22,624 nucleotides of DNA from Myxococcales bacterium (GTDB taxonomy: Bacteria; Myxococcota; Myxococcia; Myxococcales; Anaeromyxobacteraceae): the NCBI GenBank assembly GCA_038320275.1, contig JBBQEB010000053.1, forward strand, positions 1 through 22,624, written 5' to 3'. A program made the translations under genes and the position numbers. The notes beneath the pieces are model-generated. The model saw only the letters and a list, made by a program, of their open reading frames with translations. It had not been told where the DNA came from and made no database searches. Below are positions 1 to 10,042 of the stretch, piece by piece. Within the stretch, counting starts at the first letter, position 1; each line of letters starts with the position of its first letter.

Positions 1-336
1 GCTGCGCTGGGCGACGTCGACCCCGCCGCCGATCGGGGCTCGCTGGTGGTGCGCGACACGGCGTCGGGCACCCAGCGGTACACGTCGGCAGCGTCGGTGA
101 GCTCGACCTGGTTCGATTTCTCGGACGACGGCTCGGTGCTGGCCGCGCTGCGCGGCTGGGACGCCGGGCTCCTGCGGGGCGAGCTCGTGCTGGTGCCCAC
201 GGGCGGCGCTTCGGCCTGGCGCGAGGCTGTGGTGGACGACGGCGTGACGTTCTACCAGCGGCCTCGCGGCGCACGCGTGATCTACGGCGTGCGCGGCGGC
301 GGGCGAGATGGCCTGTGGCTGGGCGGGGCGCCGTGA
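1..336 (+). CDS. Hypothetical protein, C-terminal fragment (possibly beta-propeller-like)
   Basis: The frame is open from base 1 to TGA at 334-336 with GC-rich third codon positions. Alternating beta-strand-like motifs (WFDFSDDGSVLA, GELVLV, VIYGV, GLWLG). Truncated by the window edge. Confidence 0.65.
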   Translation, partial: AALGDVDPAADRGSLVVRDTASGTQRYTSAASVSSTWFDFSDDGSVLAALRGWDAGLLRGELVLVPTGGASAWREAVVDDGVTFYQRPRGARVIYGVRGGGRDGLWLGGAP

Positions 337-349
337 AGAGAACCTGGGG

Positions 350-706
350 CTACTTCACCCGGCCGTAAGCGTCTTCCAGGCGGACGACGTCCTCGACCTC
401 GGGGGTCGAGACCTCGAGGATGTCACAGTCGGTGACGGCGATCATCCTGTGCTTGGTGCCGGGCTTCACGTGGTAGCTCTCGCCGGGGGCGAGGGTGTGC
501 TCCAGCAGGCCCTGCCCCTCGTCCAGCGCGAGCCGAAGCTCGCCGCTCCAGAGATGGATCGTCTCGTCCTTCCGCTCGTGATACTGCAAGGACAGCTTCT
601 GGCCCGCCTTCACGTGCAGGAGCTTGCCCACGTAGCGGTCGGTCTGGGCCCACCAGAGCTCGTGTCCCCAGGGCTTCTCGACGCGCTTCGGCTTCGCGAA
701 GGTCAT
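350..706 (-). CDS. Cupin-domain protein (mannose-6-phosphate isomerase type II-like)
   Basis: 118 aa. Motifs VEKPWG, LSLQYHERKDET, GTKHR and EVSTPEVEDVVRLEDAYGR are typical of small PMI-like cupins. Confidence 0.88.
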   Translation of the reverse strand: MTFAKPKRVEKPWGHELWWAQTDRYVGKLLHVKAGQKLSLQYHERKDETIHLWSGELRLALDEGQGLLEHTLAPGESYHVKPGTKHRMIAVTDCDILEVSTPEVEDVVRLEDAYGRVK

Positions 707-723
707 TGCGGGAGTGTACCTCG

Positions 724-1491
724 TCAGTGGGTGGCGGTGACGATGGCGTTCACGCCCGACCGGGAGAGCATTCCGACCTGCCTTACCGCCGCCTCGCGGG
801 TGGCGTAGGAGCCGAGCTGCACGCGATACCAGCGGCCCTTGCCCGGCACGTCGGCCGTGACCACGCGCGCGCCCTTTCCCGCGTACCGCTTCGCCAGCCG
901 TTCGGCGTCGGCACGCGAGTTGGCGGCTCCCACCTGCACGGCGTAGGTGGGCGGGGAGACGTGCGCGGGGGCCGCGCGGACCGGGGCCGGGTGCGCCCTG
1001 GCGACGACCTTCTGCACCGGAGTGGCGCTGGGCGGGGCGGCCGGGCGCTCCTGCGCCGCGGCGTGGGCCGGCGGCGGGGTGACTTCTGCGCCGGGAACCG
1101 GCAGGGACGCGCTGGGCGTGGGCGACAGGTTGGGAGCCGCCACGGCGAGGGGAGTCGCCAGGGGAGCGAACCGGAGCGGCGCTGACTTCACCTCGGGCAC
1201 AGGCAGCGTTTTTTGAGGATTCACGTCCACCAGCGTGTCGTGGGCGTTGAGGGCCGGCGCGGGGTCCTCCCGGGTCGACAGCGGCAGCGGCTCGTCGAGC
1301 CGGGCCAGCGCGTCGCGGCCGCCGACGAGCACCGCGGCGGCCGGCGCGGGTGGCGAGACGTGGCGGCCGGCCGTCAGGCCGAGGACGAACACGCCGCCCA
1401 GGATCACGAGCGCGCCCGCCACCACTCCGCCCACCTGCTTGCCATCGAGCGTGAGCCCGAACTGCTCCTTCGCCCGGCTGTTCTCGCGCAT
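724..1491 (-). CDS. SPOR-domain (peptidoglycan-binding) bitopic membrane protein
   Basis: Start taken at ATG 1491 (MRENSRAKEQF), preceded by GGAGA. One TM segment (VVAGALVILGGVFVLGL), a long Pro/Ala linker and a C-terminal SPOR domain (YAVQVGA...GKGRWYRVQLGSYATREAA). Lies directly downstream of argS, a common arrangement. Confidence 0.88.
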   Translation of the reverse strand: MRENSRAKEQFGLTLDGKQVGGVVAGALVILGGVFVLGLTAGRHVSPPAPAAAVLVGGRDALARLDEPLPLSTREDPAPALNAHDTLVDVNPQKTLPVPEVKSAPLRFAPLATPLAVAAPNLSPTPSASLPVPGAEVTPPPAHAAAQERPAAPPSATPVQKVVARAHPAPVRAAPAHVSPPTYAVQVGAANSRADAERLAKRYAGKGARVVTADVPGKGRWYRVQLGSYATREAAVRQVGMLSRSGVNAIVTATH

Positions 1492-1619
1492 GTCGAAAAG
1501 TCTCCGCGCCGCGAGGCGCGGCCCGACCGCATGGTAGGTCGGACGGAGGGGAAGGCGAGTTTTTCGATGCGGTGCGCGGGCGGTCTTGCGGATGGCCCGC
1601 GGGCAGCGCCCGCCGCCCT

Positions 1620-3422
1620 TCAGCCTCCCTCGTCCTCGACCCCGTCGACCTCCCGGGAGGCCATCGCCTCCGGAGCGCTCACCCCGAGCAGCGACAGGCC
1701 GTTCGCGAGCGTCCGCTTGAGGGCCCAGCAGAGGTAGAGCCGCGCCGCCGTCTTGCGCGGATCCGGGCCGAGCACCCGCTCCCCGCTGCGCTTTCCGCCC
1801 GTGTAGTACCCGTGAAAGGCGGCGATCGTCTCCTGCAGGTAGAAGGCCACCCGGTGCGGCTCGTAGGCGAGCGCCGCGCCCGCGACCAGGTCCGGGAAGG
1901 CCAGGATGCGGCGGACGAGGTCGAGCTCCTCCGGGAGCTCGAGCGCGCGCAGCGACTCGAGGTCGTGGCGGGGCGTGGCGAGTCCAGCCTCGCCCGCCTT
2001 GCGCAGGATGCTCGCCAGGCGGGCGTGCCCGTACTGGACGTAGAAGACGGGGTTGTCGAGCGTCTGGCGGGTGGCGAGCTCCAGGTCGAAGTCGAGCTGG
2101 GCATCGGCGCGCCGGGTGAGAAACATGAACCGGACGGCGTCCCGCCCCACCTCCTCCACCAGCTCGCGGAGCGAGACCACGTTCCCCGCCCGTTTCGACA
2201 TCTTCACCGCCTCGCCGCCGCGGGTGAGGTTCACCATCTGGATGAGCACCACCTCGAGGTCGCTCCGCGCGTAGCCCAGCGCCTCCAGGGCGGCCTTCAG
2301 GCGAGGGACGTAGCCGCCGTGGTCCGCCCCCAGCACGTCCACCAGCGCGTCGGCGCGCTGCCGCTTCAGCCAGTGGTAGGCGATGTCCGCGCAGAAGTAG
2401 GTGGGCGTGCCGTCGGCCTTCTTCACGGGCCGGTCCACCTCGTCGCCGTAGCGGGAGGATCGAAAGAGCGTCAGGTCCTCCGAGGGAAGGTTGCCCTCCT
2501 CGTCCGGCGCCGTCGCGGCGGGTGCGGGCGCGCCCTTCTTCGACTTGGGGGGCGGGAGCTTGCCGACGTAGACGAGGTCCTGAGCCTCCAGCTCGCGCAG
2601 GAAGCGCTCCACGGCACCGCTCTCGTACAGCTCCTTCTCCGACGACCAGACGTCGAAGGCGATGTCCACCGCCGCCAGATCGCCGCGGATCATGCCCAGC
2701 ACGTGCTCGACCGCCCGATCCCGGAAGAGCGGTAGCCAGGCGGCCTCGGGGGCGTCGAGCCAGCGGGGGCCGTCCTCGGCGAGGAGCGCGCGGGCGATGT
2801 CCACCACGTAGGCGCCGGGGTAGCTCTTGGGCGGCATGGTGATCGCCCGCCCGAGGAGCTCCTGGTAGCGCAGGTGCACGGAGCGCGCGAGGGTCTGCAC
2901 CTGCGCGCCGAAGTCGTTCACGTAGTACTCGCGGGTGACGGCGTGGCCGCTCCAGGCGAGGAGGCGCGCCACCCCGTCGCCAGTGACGGCGTTGCGGCCG
3001 TGCCCGACGTGCATCGGGCCGGTGGGGTTCGCCGACACGTACTCGACGATCACCTTCTTGCCCTGCCCGACGGCGCTCTCGCCGAACCTCACCCCCTGCC
3101 GCTCCACCTCGGAGAGCCCGCGCAGCCAGACGTCGCGCTGGAGGCGCACGTTGATGAAGCCGGGGCCGGCGACCTCCAGGGTTTCCAGCTCGCCGCGCGC
3201 GTCGGCGGCCCGCACCGCCCCGACCAGCGCGCTCGCGAGCTCCCGCGGCGGGCGGCCGGCGCGCTTCGCGAGCACCATGGCGGCGTTCACCGCGAAGTCG
3301 CCGTGCTTGGGGTCGCGGGGTGGCTCCACCGAGAACCCGCCCTCCAGCGCGGGCCAGCGCCCTTCGGCGGCCCCGCGTGAGAGCGCCTCCCCGAACAGCG
3401 CCACGACGAGATCCCTGATCAT
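1620..3422 (-). CDS. argS: Arginine--tRNA ligase
   Basis: 600 aa. Motifs HGDFAVNAAM, AGPGFIN, VEYVSANPTGPMHVGHGR (HIGH), GADHGGY, KMSKRAG (KMSKS) and NPVFYVQYGHAR. Confidence 0.98.
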   Translation of the reverse strand: MIRDLVVALFGEALSRGAAEGRWPALEGGFSVEPPRDPKHGDFAVNAAMVLAKRAGRPPRELASALVGAVRAADARGELETLEVAGPGFINVRLQRDVWLRGLSEVERQGVRFGESAVGQGKKVIVEYVSANPTGPMHVGHGRNAVTGDGVARLLAWSGHAVTREYYVNDFGAQVQTLARSVHLRYQELLGRAITMPPKSYPGAYVVDIARALLAEDGPRWLDAPEAAWLPLFRDRAVEHVLGMIRGDLAAVDIAFDVWSSEKELYESGAVERFLRELEAQDLVYVGKLPPPKSKKGAPAPAATAPDEEGNLPSEDLTLFRSSRYGDEVDRPVKKADGTPTYFCADIAYHWLKRQRADALVDVLGADHGGYVPRLKAALEALGYARSDLEVVLIQMVNLTRGGEAVKMSKRAGNVVSLRELVEEVGRDAVRFMFLTRRADAQLDFDLELATRQTLDNPVFYVQYGHARLASILRKAGEAGLATPRHDLESLRALELPEELDLVRRILAFPDLVAGAALAYEPHRVAFYLQETIAAFHGYYTGGKRSGERVLGPDPRKTAARLYLCWALKRTLANGLSLLGVSAPEAMASREVDGVEDEGG

Positions 3423-3430
3423 GGGCGGCG

Positions 3431-3459
3431 CTCATATCCCTCCCGTGACGGTGCCGCAA
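3431..3459 (-). promoter_or_regulatory. Putative sigma70-type promoter for argS (near-leaderless)
   Basis: Minus strand reads TTGCGG-N17-TATGAG, then 8 nt to the ATG. No SD in between. Confidence 0.4.
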
Positions 3460-3462
3460 GCC

Positions 3463-3492
3463 TTGACTATCAGTGGTGTACGCTCTTAGTGT
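3463..3492 (+). promoter_or_regulatory. Putative sigma70-type promoter for the 3554-4162 gene
   Basis: TTGACT (3463-3468)-N18-TAGTGT (3487-3492), back-to-back with the putative argS promoter. Confidence 0.5.
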
Positions 3493-3553
3493 GGGTTCTG
3501 TTGTGGAGCCACAGTCGGCTGTCCTCCTCTCGTCCTCTGTTCTGTGGTGAGCC

Positions 3554-4162
3554 ATGTCCAATGACCTTCGCAGTCTCATCTTGTTCGGGCTCTTGCTCCC
3601 TGGCTTGCCAACGCGAGCCCAGCCGGCCAGCCCCCCGAAGCCCGATGACCAGTTCATCGAACTCGAGAAGACCGCCAACATTGTGGAACTCGCCCTCGAG
3701 TTCGAGGGCTGTCCCGCCGGCATGACGTTCAGGGTCCAGGACGGAGCGATGAGCACTCTTGCCATGGAAGGGCGGGAACCGGTCCGGTTCATCATCAAGA
3801 TGAGGTCTCCTCGAGACATCCAGATCCATCTTGTGGAGCCCAAAGTCTTCTCCACGCCGAATGGTCCCACCCGCGGTTTGTGGATTCGGGACGGAGTGAG
3901 CTTGCACCCCTCCGTCGGCGCAGCCGAGCTCTCCCGAGCCGGTCTCCGAGCCGTCCGGCTGCTGTCGGTCACCCCATCGACCGCGGCAGCCGCACCCACG
4001 GGGCAGGCCGCTGTGTCCCCCATGCAGCCGCCGGGCGGAGGTGGGGGAGGAGGAGGTTCGCGTTGCTGCACATTTACGGCCTGCAATGGACTGAATGGGC
4101 AGTTCTGCACGACGGGAACGAGCGGCTGCGGAGGCGATGGCTGCGGCTGGTGCTGCATCTGA
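3554..4162 (+). CDS. Orphan secreted protein with Gly8 linker and C-terminal 8-Cys motif
   Basis: 202 aa ORF filling the argS-lapB gap. Signal-peptide-like N-terminus (MSNDLRSLILFGLLLPGLPTRA|QP), a beta-rich middle, GGGGGGGG, then RCCTFTACNGLNGQFCTTGTSGCGGDGCGWCCI. Candidate promoter upstream and hairpin downstream. Visibly more A/T-ending codons than its neighbours. Confidence 0.75.
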   Translation: MSNDLRSLILFGLLLPGLPTRAQPASPPKPDDQFIELEKTANIVELALEFEGCPAGMTFRVQDGAMSTLAMEGREPVRFIIKMRSPRDIQIHLVEPKVFSTPNGPTRGLWIRDGVSLHPSVGAAELSRAGLRAVRLLSVTPSTAAAAPTGQAAVSPMQPPGGGGGGGGSRCCTFTACNGLNGQFCTTGTSGCGGDGCGWCCI

Positions 4163-4176
4163 ACAGCTTTCCCTGA

Positions 4177-4218
4177 CGCGCGAGAAGGGCGGCGCTCCGT
4201 CCCCGCCCAACTCGCGCG
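4177..4218. terminator. Hairpin between convergent genes (possible bidirectional terminator)
   Basis: CGCGCGAG-AA-GGGCGG / CCGCCC-AA-CTCGCGCG forms an 8+6 bp stem with a symmetric AA/AA internal loop and a 10-nt loop. No clear U-tract. Confidence 0.5.
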
Positions 4219-4248
4219 CGGGCCCCCGCCGGCTTCCCCGCCCCAGCG

Positions 4249-5367
4249 TCACACCTCCCCGCGCGTCCCGAAGCTCTCGAATGCGCCGCAGCGCCTGCAG
4301 CGCCACTCGCGGGTGGGGGCCTCCGCGCCGCAGCGGGAGCAGCGCAGCGGGCGCGCCTTGCGCAGGAGCGCGGCGCGCAGGAGGTCGTGCCGATCCCCCA
4401 GCTCCTCCGGCGAGGGCGCCTCGGCCTCCCGCAGGAGGTCGCGCATGGCGAGCGTCACCTCGCCCGAGGCGTCGTGATCGAGGGCGACGCGCAGGGCCGC
4501 CACCGCCTCGCGCGGGCGCCCGGCGAGGTGCAGCACGCGTCCGCGGAGGTAGTGCAGCGCGCCGTCCCCCGGCCAGGCGGCGAGCCTCGCGTCGAGCAGC
4601 CGCAGCGCTGCCTCGAGGTCGCCCGCCGCCGCGAGCGCGGGCCATCCCAGGAGCGCCGCGCCGGGGTCGGCCTCGAGCGCGGCGTGGAAGGCCGCGAGCG
4701 CCTCGCCGGACTCTCCGGAAGCCCCTTGCGCCTCCGCCAGGGCGAGGAGCGCGTCGGCACTGCGGGGCGCGGCCGCAACCGCCGCCCGTGCGGCCGCCCG
4801 CCCGCGCTCGGGATCGGTGCCCAGCGCGGCCCGTGCCTGCGCGGCGAGGAGGTGCGCGAGGAGCGGATCCTGGCCACCCCCGGAGAGGCCACGCTGCACC
4901 CCCGCCGCCTCCTCCAGCCGGCCCAGGTCCACCAGCACGTCGCGCAGGCCCTCCGTGCCGGCTCGGTCGCCGCGCTCGGACAGCGCGCGATAGCTGTCGA
5001 GCGCCTCCTCGGACATCCCGCAGCGGCGGTAGTCGTGGGCGAGCTCGCGCTCCACCTCCGCCCGGCCCTGCGGGTCGAGCCCGGGCCGCATGAGCATGTT
5101 CCGGTGCAGCCGGATGGCGCGGGGCAGGTCGCCCGTGCGCCGGAAGAGCGCGCCCAGCGCGAGGTAGGTCTCGATGGCTTCCGGGCTCCCCAGCCGCGCC
5201 GCGTCCGACAGCGTCGCGATGGCCGCGTCGGGATCGCCGGAGAGAACGTAGCGGACGCCCTGCAGGTAGGCGCGGGCCTCCTTGCGCCGACGCAGCAGCC
5301 GCTCGGCCAGGAGCGCGAGGGCGGCGGCCAGGCAGACGATGGCGAGGAGGAGCCAGCGGAGGGACAT
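4249..5367 (-). CDS. lapB: LapB/YciM-like TPR protein with C-terminal rubredoxin-like metal site
   Basis: N-terminal TM anchor, YLQGVRYVLSGDPDAAI, ETYLALGALFRRTGDLPRAIRLHRNML, TPR-like helices and terminal CSRCG...WRCRRCG. Start overlaps the HIT stop (TGATG). Confidence 0.8.
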   Translation of the reverse strand: MSLRWLLLAIVCLAAALALLAERLLRRRKEARAYLQGVRYVLSGDPDAAIATLSDAARLGSPEAIETYLALGALFRRTGDLPRAIRLHRNMLMRPGLDPQGRAEVERELAHDYRRCGMSEEALDSYRALSERGDRAGTEGLRDVLVDLGRLEEAAGVQRGLSGGGQDPLLAHLLAAQARAALGTDPERGRAAARAAVAAAPRSADALLALAEAQGASGESGEALAAFHAALEADPGAALLGWPALAAAGDLEAALRLLDARLAAWPGDGALHYLRGRVLHLAGRPREAVAALRVALDHDASGEVTLAMRDLLREAEAPSPEELGDRHDLLRAALLRKARPLRCSRCGAEAPTREWRCRRCGAFESFGTRGEV

Positions 5368-6074
5368 CAGGGCGGCCCCGCGCCGCCCCTCGCGAGCTCC
5401 GCGAAGCCTCCCGCGATGCGCTCCCGGGAGGCATCGAGGTGCTCCACCATCACCCTCACGTCCGCCAGCACCGGCATGAAGTTGGTGTCGCCTGCCCAGC
5501 GCGGAACGATGTGGTAGTGCAGGTGGTCGACGATGCCCGCGCCGGCGATGCGGCCCAGGTTCATGCCGACGTTCATCCCCTCCGGCTGGTACGTCGCGCG
5601 CACCACCCGCAACGCGAGCACGAGCTCTTCGTGAAGATCGTGCAGCTCGACCGGCGGGAGCCTCTCCAGCTCGGCGCCGTGGCGGCGCGGGATGACCATC
5701 ACGTGGCCCGAGCTGTACGGGAAGCGATTCAGCACCGTGAAGGAACGCTCGCTGCGGTGGACGATCAGATTCTTGCGGTCGTTCTCCTCACCCTCTTCCG
5801 CCGGAAACAGGCAGAAGATGCAGCCCTCCACCTTGGGCGCAGCGATGAACTCCATACGCCACGGAGCCCAGAGCCGCTGCGGGCCGGGGGGCTGCGGCGA
5901 GCTGGGGATCGAACGCGACCCCGAGCTCGAACTCGACTTCGAACTCGACCCCGAACCCAACCCCGACCCCGGACGCGACCCCGACCCCGGACGCGACCCC
6001 GACCCCGCGCCTCGTCCGGAAGCCGTTGCCTTCCCCGCCGCCGCCTTCTTCGATCCGCCTGTCCCCCTCACCAT
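5367..6074 (-). CDS. HIT-family nucleotide hydrolase/phosphorylase with low-complexity N-terminal extension
   Basis: Motifs LWAPWRMEFI, CIFC, LNRFPYSSGH, HLHYHIVPRW (histidine triad) and GDTNFM. GGAGG SD (6081-6085) precedes ATG 6074. Confidence 0.92.
   Translation of the reverse strand: MVRGTGGSKKAAAGKATASGRGAGSGSRPGSGSRPGSGLGSGSSSKSSSSSGSRSIPSSPQPPGPQRLWAPWRMEFIAAPKVEGCIFCLFPAEEGEENDRKNLIVHRSERSFTVLNRFPYSSGHVMVIPRRHGAELERLPPVELHDLHEELVLALRVVRATYQPEGMNVGMNLGRIAGAGIVDHLHYHIVPRWAGDTNFMPVLADVRVMVEHLDASRERIAGGFAELARGGAGPP
5911..6007. repeat. Hexamer-based minisatellite inside the HIT 5' region
   Basis: Degenerate 6-bp period (CGACCC/CGAACT-like), including perfect 18-bp units CCCCGACCCCGGACGCGA at 5961-5978 and 5979-5996 plus a partial third copy to 6007. 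Confidence 0.85.
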
Positions 6075-6084
6075 CCCGAACCTC

Positions 6085-7182
6085 CTACCGCGCCATGTAG
6101 TAGACGCCCGGCGACGCGACCGCGCTCGCCTCGTGGTGGAGCTCCGCCCTCACCGCCTCCGCTACCGAGGAGACGGCACCGCCCATGAGCTCCTCGATGA
6201 AGCGCGACTTCTCGTCAGGCGGGTAGACCAGCCGCGGCTCGCCGGTGAGCCCAGCCTTCTCCTTGGCCGCGTCCACCGCGTCGTTGAAGTTGCCCAGCTC
6301 ATCGATGATCCCCAGTTCCTGCGCCTGCTCGCCGGTGATCACCCGCCCGTCGGCGATCTTTCTCACGTCTCCCTCGGGCAGCTCGCGCGATTCGACCACC
6401 GCCTTCACGAACTGGCCGTAGACCTGATCCACCAGCCCCTGCCAGTAGGCCCGGTCGTCGGGTGTCAGGTCGCGAAAGGGATTGCCAGAGTCCTTCAGCT
6501 TGCCGCTCTTGATGGTCTCGAACTTCACGTTCCAGCGCTCCGCCAGCCCCTTCACGTTGGGGAACTGGGTGATGACGCCGATGGACCCGGTGAGCGTGCC
6601 GGGCTCGGCCAGGATGTGCGGACAGGCCATGGCGATGTAGAAACCGCCCGACGCCGCCACGTTGCCCATGGAGCAGACGACGGTCTTCTTCTCCGCGAGC
6701 TTGCGGAGCTCGTCGTAGATCTCCTGGCTGGGACCGACCGCACCGCCAGGCGAGTCGATACGCACCACCACCGCCTTCATGTCGGCGTCGTCCAGGTAGC
6801 GCTTCACGACCTTCATCGACTCCTCGGCATCGACGCCGCCGCGGCCGGCGCCGATCTCGCCCTTCACGTTCACCACGCCGATGCGGGGGCCGGTGGAGAG
6901 CCGAGGCGACTCGCCGCGCACCGCCGAGTAGGCCAGCGCGAGGAAGGCGAACAGCACGAGGAAGAGCCCACCGAAGACGAAGAGGACGACCCCCAGCGCG
7001 GCCCGGTCGCGGCGCGGCGGCGGTGGCGGCGGGATGCCGGCGGATGGGGGCTGCGACCACCCGGAGGACGCTGGCAGCGGCGGCGGAGCGCCCCAGGCCG
7101 GCTGGGAGGGCAGTGCGGCGCCCGGAGGCGGCGCTGTGGGAAGTGGCTCGGGCTCGCGCGGGGGACGCTCTTCTTCGCTCAT
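6085..7182 (-). CDS. sppA: Signal peptide peptidase SppA (36K type, peptidase S49)
   Basis: Start at ATG 7182 (MSEEERPP). Pro-rich N-terminus, one TM, VVRIDSPGG, SMGNVAASGGFYIA (catalytic Ser), TGSIGVI, KSGKLKD and ADGRVITG. Confidence 0.95.
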   Translation of the reverse strand: MSEEERPPREPEPLPTAPPPGAALPSQPAWGAPPPLPASSGWSQPPSAGIPPPPPPRRDRAALGVVLFVFGGLFLVLFAFLALAYSAVRGESPRLSTGPRIGVVNVKGEIGAGRGGVDAEESMKVVKRYLDDADMKAVVVRIDSPGGAVGPSQEIYDELRKLAEKKTVVCSMGNVAASGGFYIAMACPHILAEPGTLTGSIGVITQFPNVKGLAERWNVKFETIKSGKLKDSGNPFRDLTPDDRAYWQGLVDQVYGQFVKAVVESRELPEGDVRKIADGRVITGEQAQELGIIDELGNFNDAVDAAKEKAGLTGEPRLVYPPDEKSRFIEELMGGAVSSVAEAVRAELHHEASAVASPGVYYMAR

Positions 7183-7246
7183 GGCGGGGTGACGTAAGCA
7201 CGCGCCCGAGGGCCGCGCAACGAAGCCCTCCTCCGCACACGCGAGA

Positions 7247-7272
7247 ACGGGCGGCCCCGGAGGGCCGCCCGT
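7247..7272 (-). terminator. Stable hairpin downstream of rpsA
   Basis: Perfect 11-bp stem ACGGGCGGCCC/GGGCCGCCCGT. On the transcribed (minus) strand the loop reads C(UCCG)G, a UNCG tetraloop. Only a weak U-containing tail follows. Confidence 0.65.
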
Positions 7273-7297
7273 CACATGCTTCCGGCTGGCGCTGTGA

Positions 7298-9007
<1,710 letters not shown>

Positions 9008-9164
9008 TCGTATTTGGGTATCCGGACTGGCTGGCTGGCGTCGGAGCGGAGTGCCCGACGGAAGTCTGCTGTTGACCCCTCGTTGGAAGCGGCCCATCCG
9101 CCCGGGGAGCGAGGCGGCGGCGGGTGCAGACCGGGCTCACCCCGGACGGCGTTGGAAGGCAGGC

Positions 9165-9193
9165 AAGCTACACGCGCGGTTTTATGAGGTCAA
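9165..9193 (-). promoter_or_regulatory. Sigma70-type promoter for rpsA
   Basis: Minus strand TTGACC (9193-9188)-N17-TAGCTT (9170-9165), overlapping the ispH stop. Implies a leader of about 150 nt. Confidence 0.7.
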
Positions 9194-10042
9194 GGGAGGG
9201 AGCCCGCCTCCGCGCCCTCTCAACCGCTCGGCCACTCCCTCGATCACCCAGCTCGGTGTCGAGGCACCCGCGCTGATACCCACCGAGTTGCAGCCCTGGA
9301 ACCAGGTCAGGTCGAGCTCGTCCGCCGTCTCCACGTGCCAAGTGCGCGGCTGGAGCTCGCGGCAGATCTCCGCCAGGTGCCTCGTGTTCGCGCTGTTCCT
9401 GCCGCCGACGACCACCACCGCGTCCACCTCGCTCGCGAGCTGCCGGGCGTCGGCCTGCCGCTCGTCGGTGTCGCTGCAGATGGTGTTGACGGCCCGCACC
9501 TCGCGGTGGCGGGTGGAGAGCGCTCCCACGACCCGTTCCAGCTCGGCTCCGATGATGGTGGTCTGCGCGATCACGGCCACCTTCCTGGCATCGATGGCGG
9601 GGATGGGACCCCCGGGCTTCACCACCGTGCAGGGCCCTTCCGCGAAGGACAGCACGCCCTTCACCTCGGCATGGTTCGCGTCGCCGACCACGACGAGGTG
9701 GTAGCCCTCGCGCGACATGCGCTGCGCCATGGCCTGCGGGAACTTCACGTACGGGCAGGTGCCGTCCACGAGGTCGAGGCCGCGCGCCTTCGCCGCCTCG
9801 AGCTCGCTCTTCACGGCGCCGTGCGTGCGCACCACCACCGTGGTCCCGGGCTGCACCTCGGCGATGGCGTCCACCTTGCCCACGCCCTTCTGGCGCATCT
9901 GCTCCACGGCCTGCGGGTTGTGGATGACGGGGCCGAGCGTCACCACCGGCCCGGTGGCGCTGCCGGCGATCTCCATCACCTTGTCCACCGTGCGGCGCAC
10001 GCCCCAGCAGAACCCGGCGGTCTTCGCGATCCGGACGTCCAT
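9182..10042 (-). CDS. ispH: 4-hydroxy-3-methylbut-2-enyl diphosphate reductase
   Basis: Start at ATG 10042 (MDVRIAKTAGFCWGVRR). Three cluster Cys (GFCWG, DGTCPYV, NTICSDT), plus IHNP, THG, HAEV, SANT and SAGASTP. Confidence 0.97.
   Translation of the reverse strand: MDVRIAKTAGFCWGVRRTVDKVMEIAGSATGPVVTLGPVIHNPQAVEQMRQKGVGKVDAIAEVQPGTTVVVRTHGAVKSELEAAKARGLDLVDGTCPYVKFPQAMAQRMSREGYHLVVVGDANHAEVKGVLSFAEGPCTVVKPGGPIPAIDARKVAVIAQTTIIGAELERVVGALSTRHREVRAVNTICSDTDERQADARQLASEVDAVVVVGGRNSANTRHLAEICRELQPRTWHVETADELDLTWFQGCNSVGISAGASTPSWVIEGVAERLRGRGGGLPPLTS

Noticed and set aside
1492..4158. N-terminal ~890 aa of the 1144-aa ORF 724..4158, an apparent giant SPOR fusion
   Set aside because: It overlaps argS in another frame and the orphan gene antisense, and it is Arg/Gly/Ala/Pro-rich gibberish typical of stop-poor GC-rich frames. 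The real SPOR gene starts at 1491.
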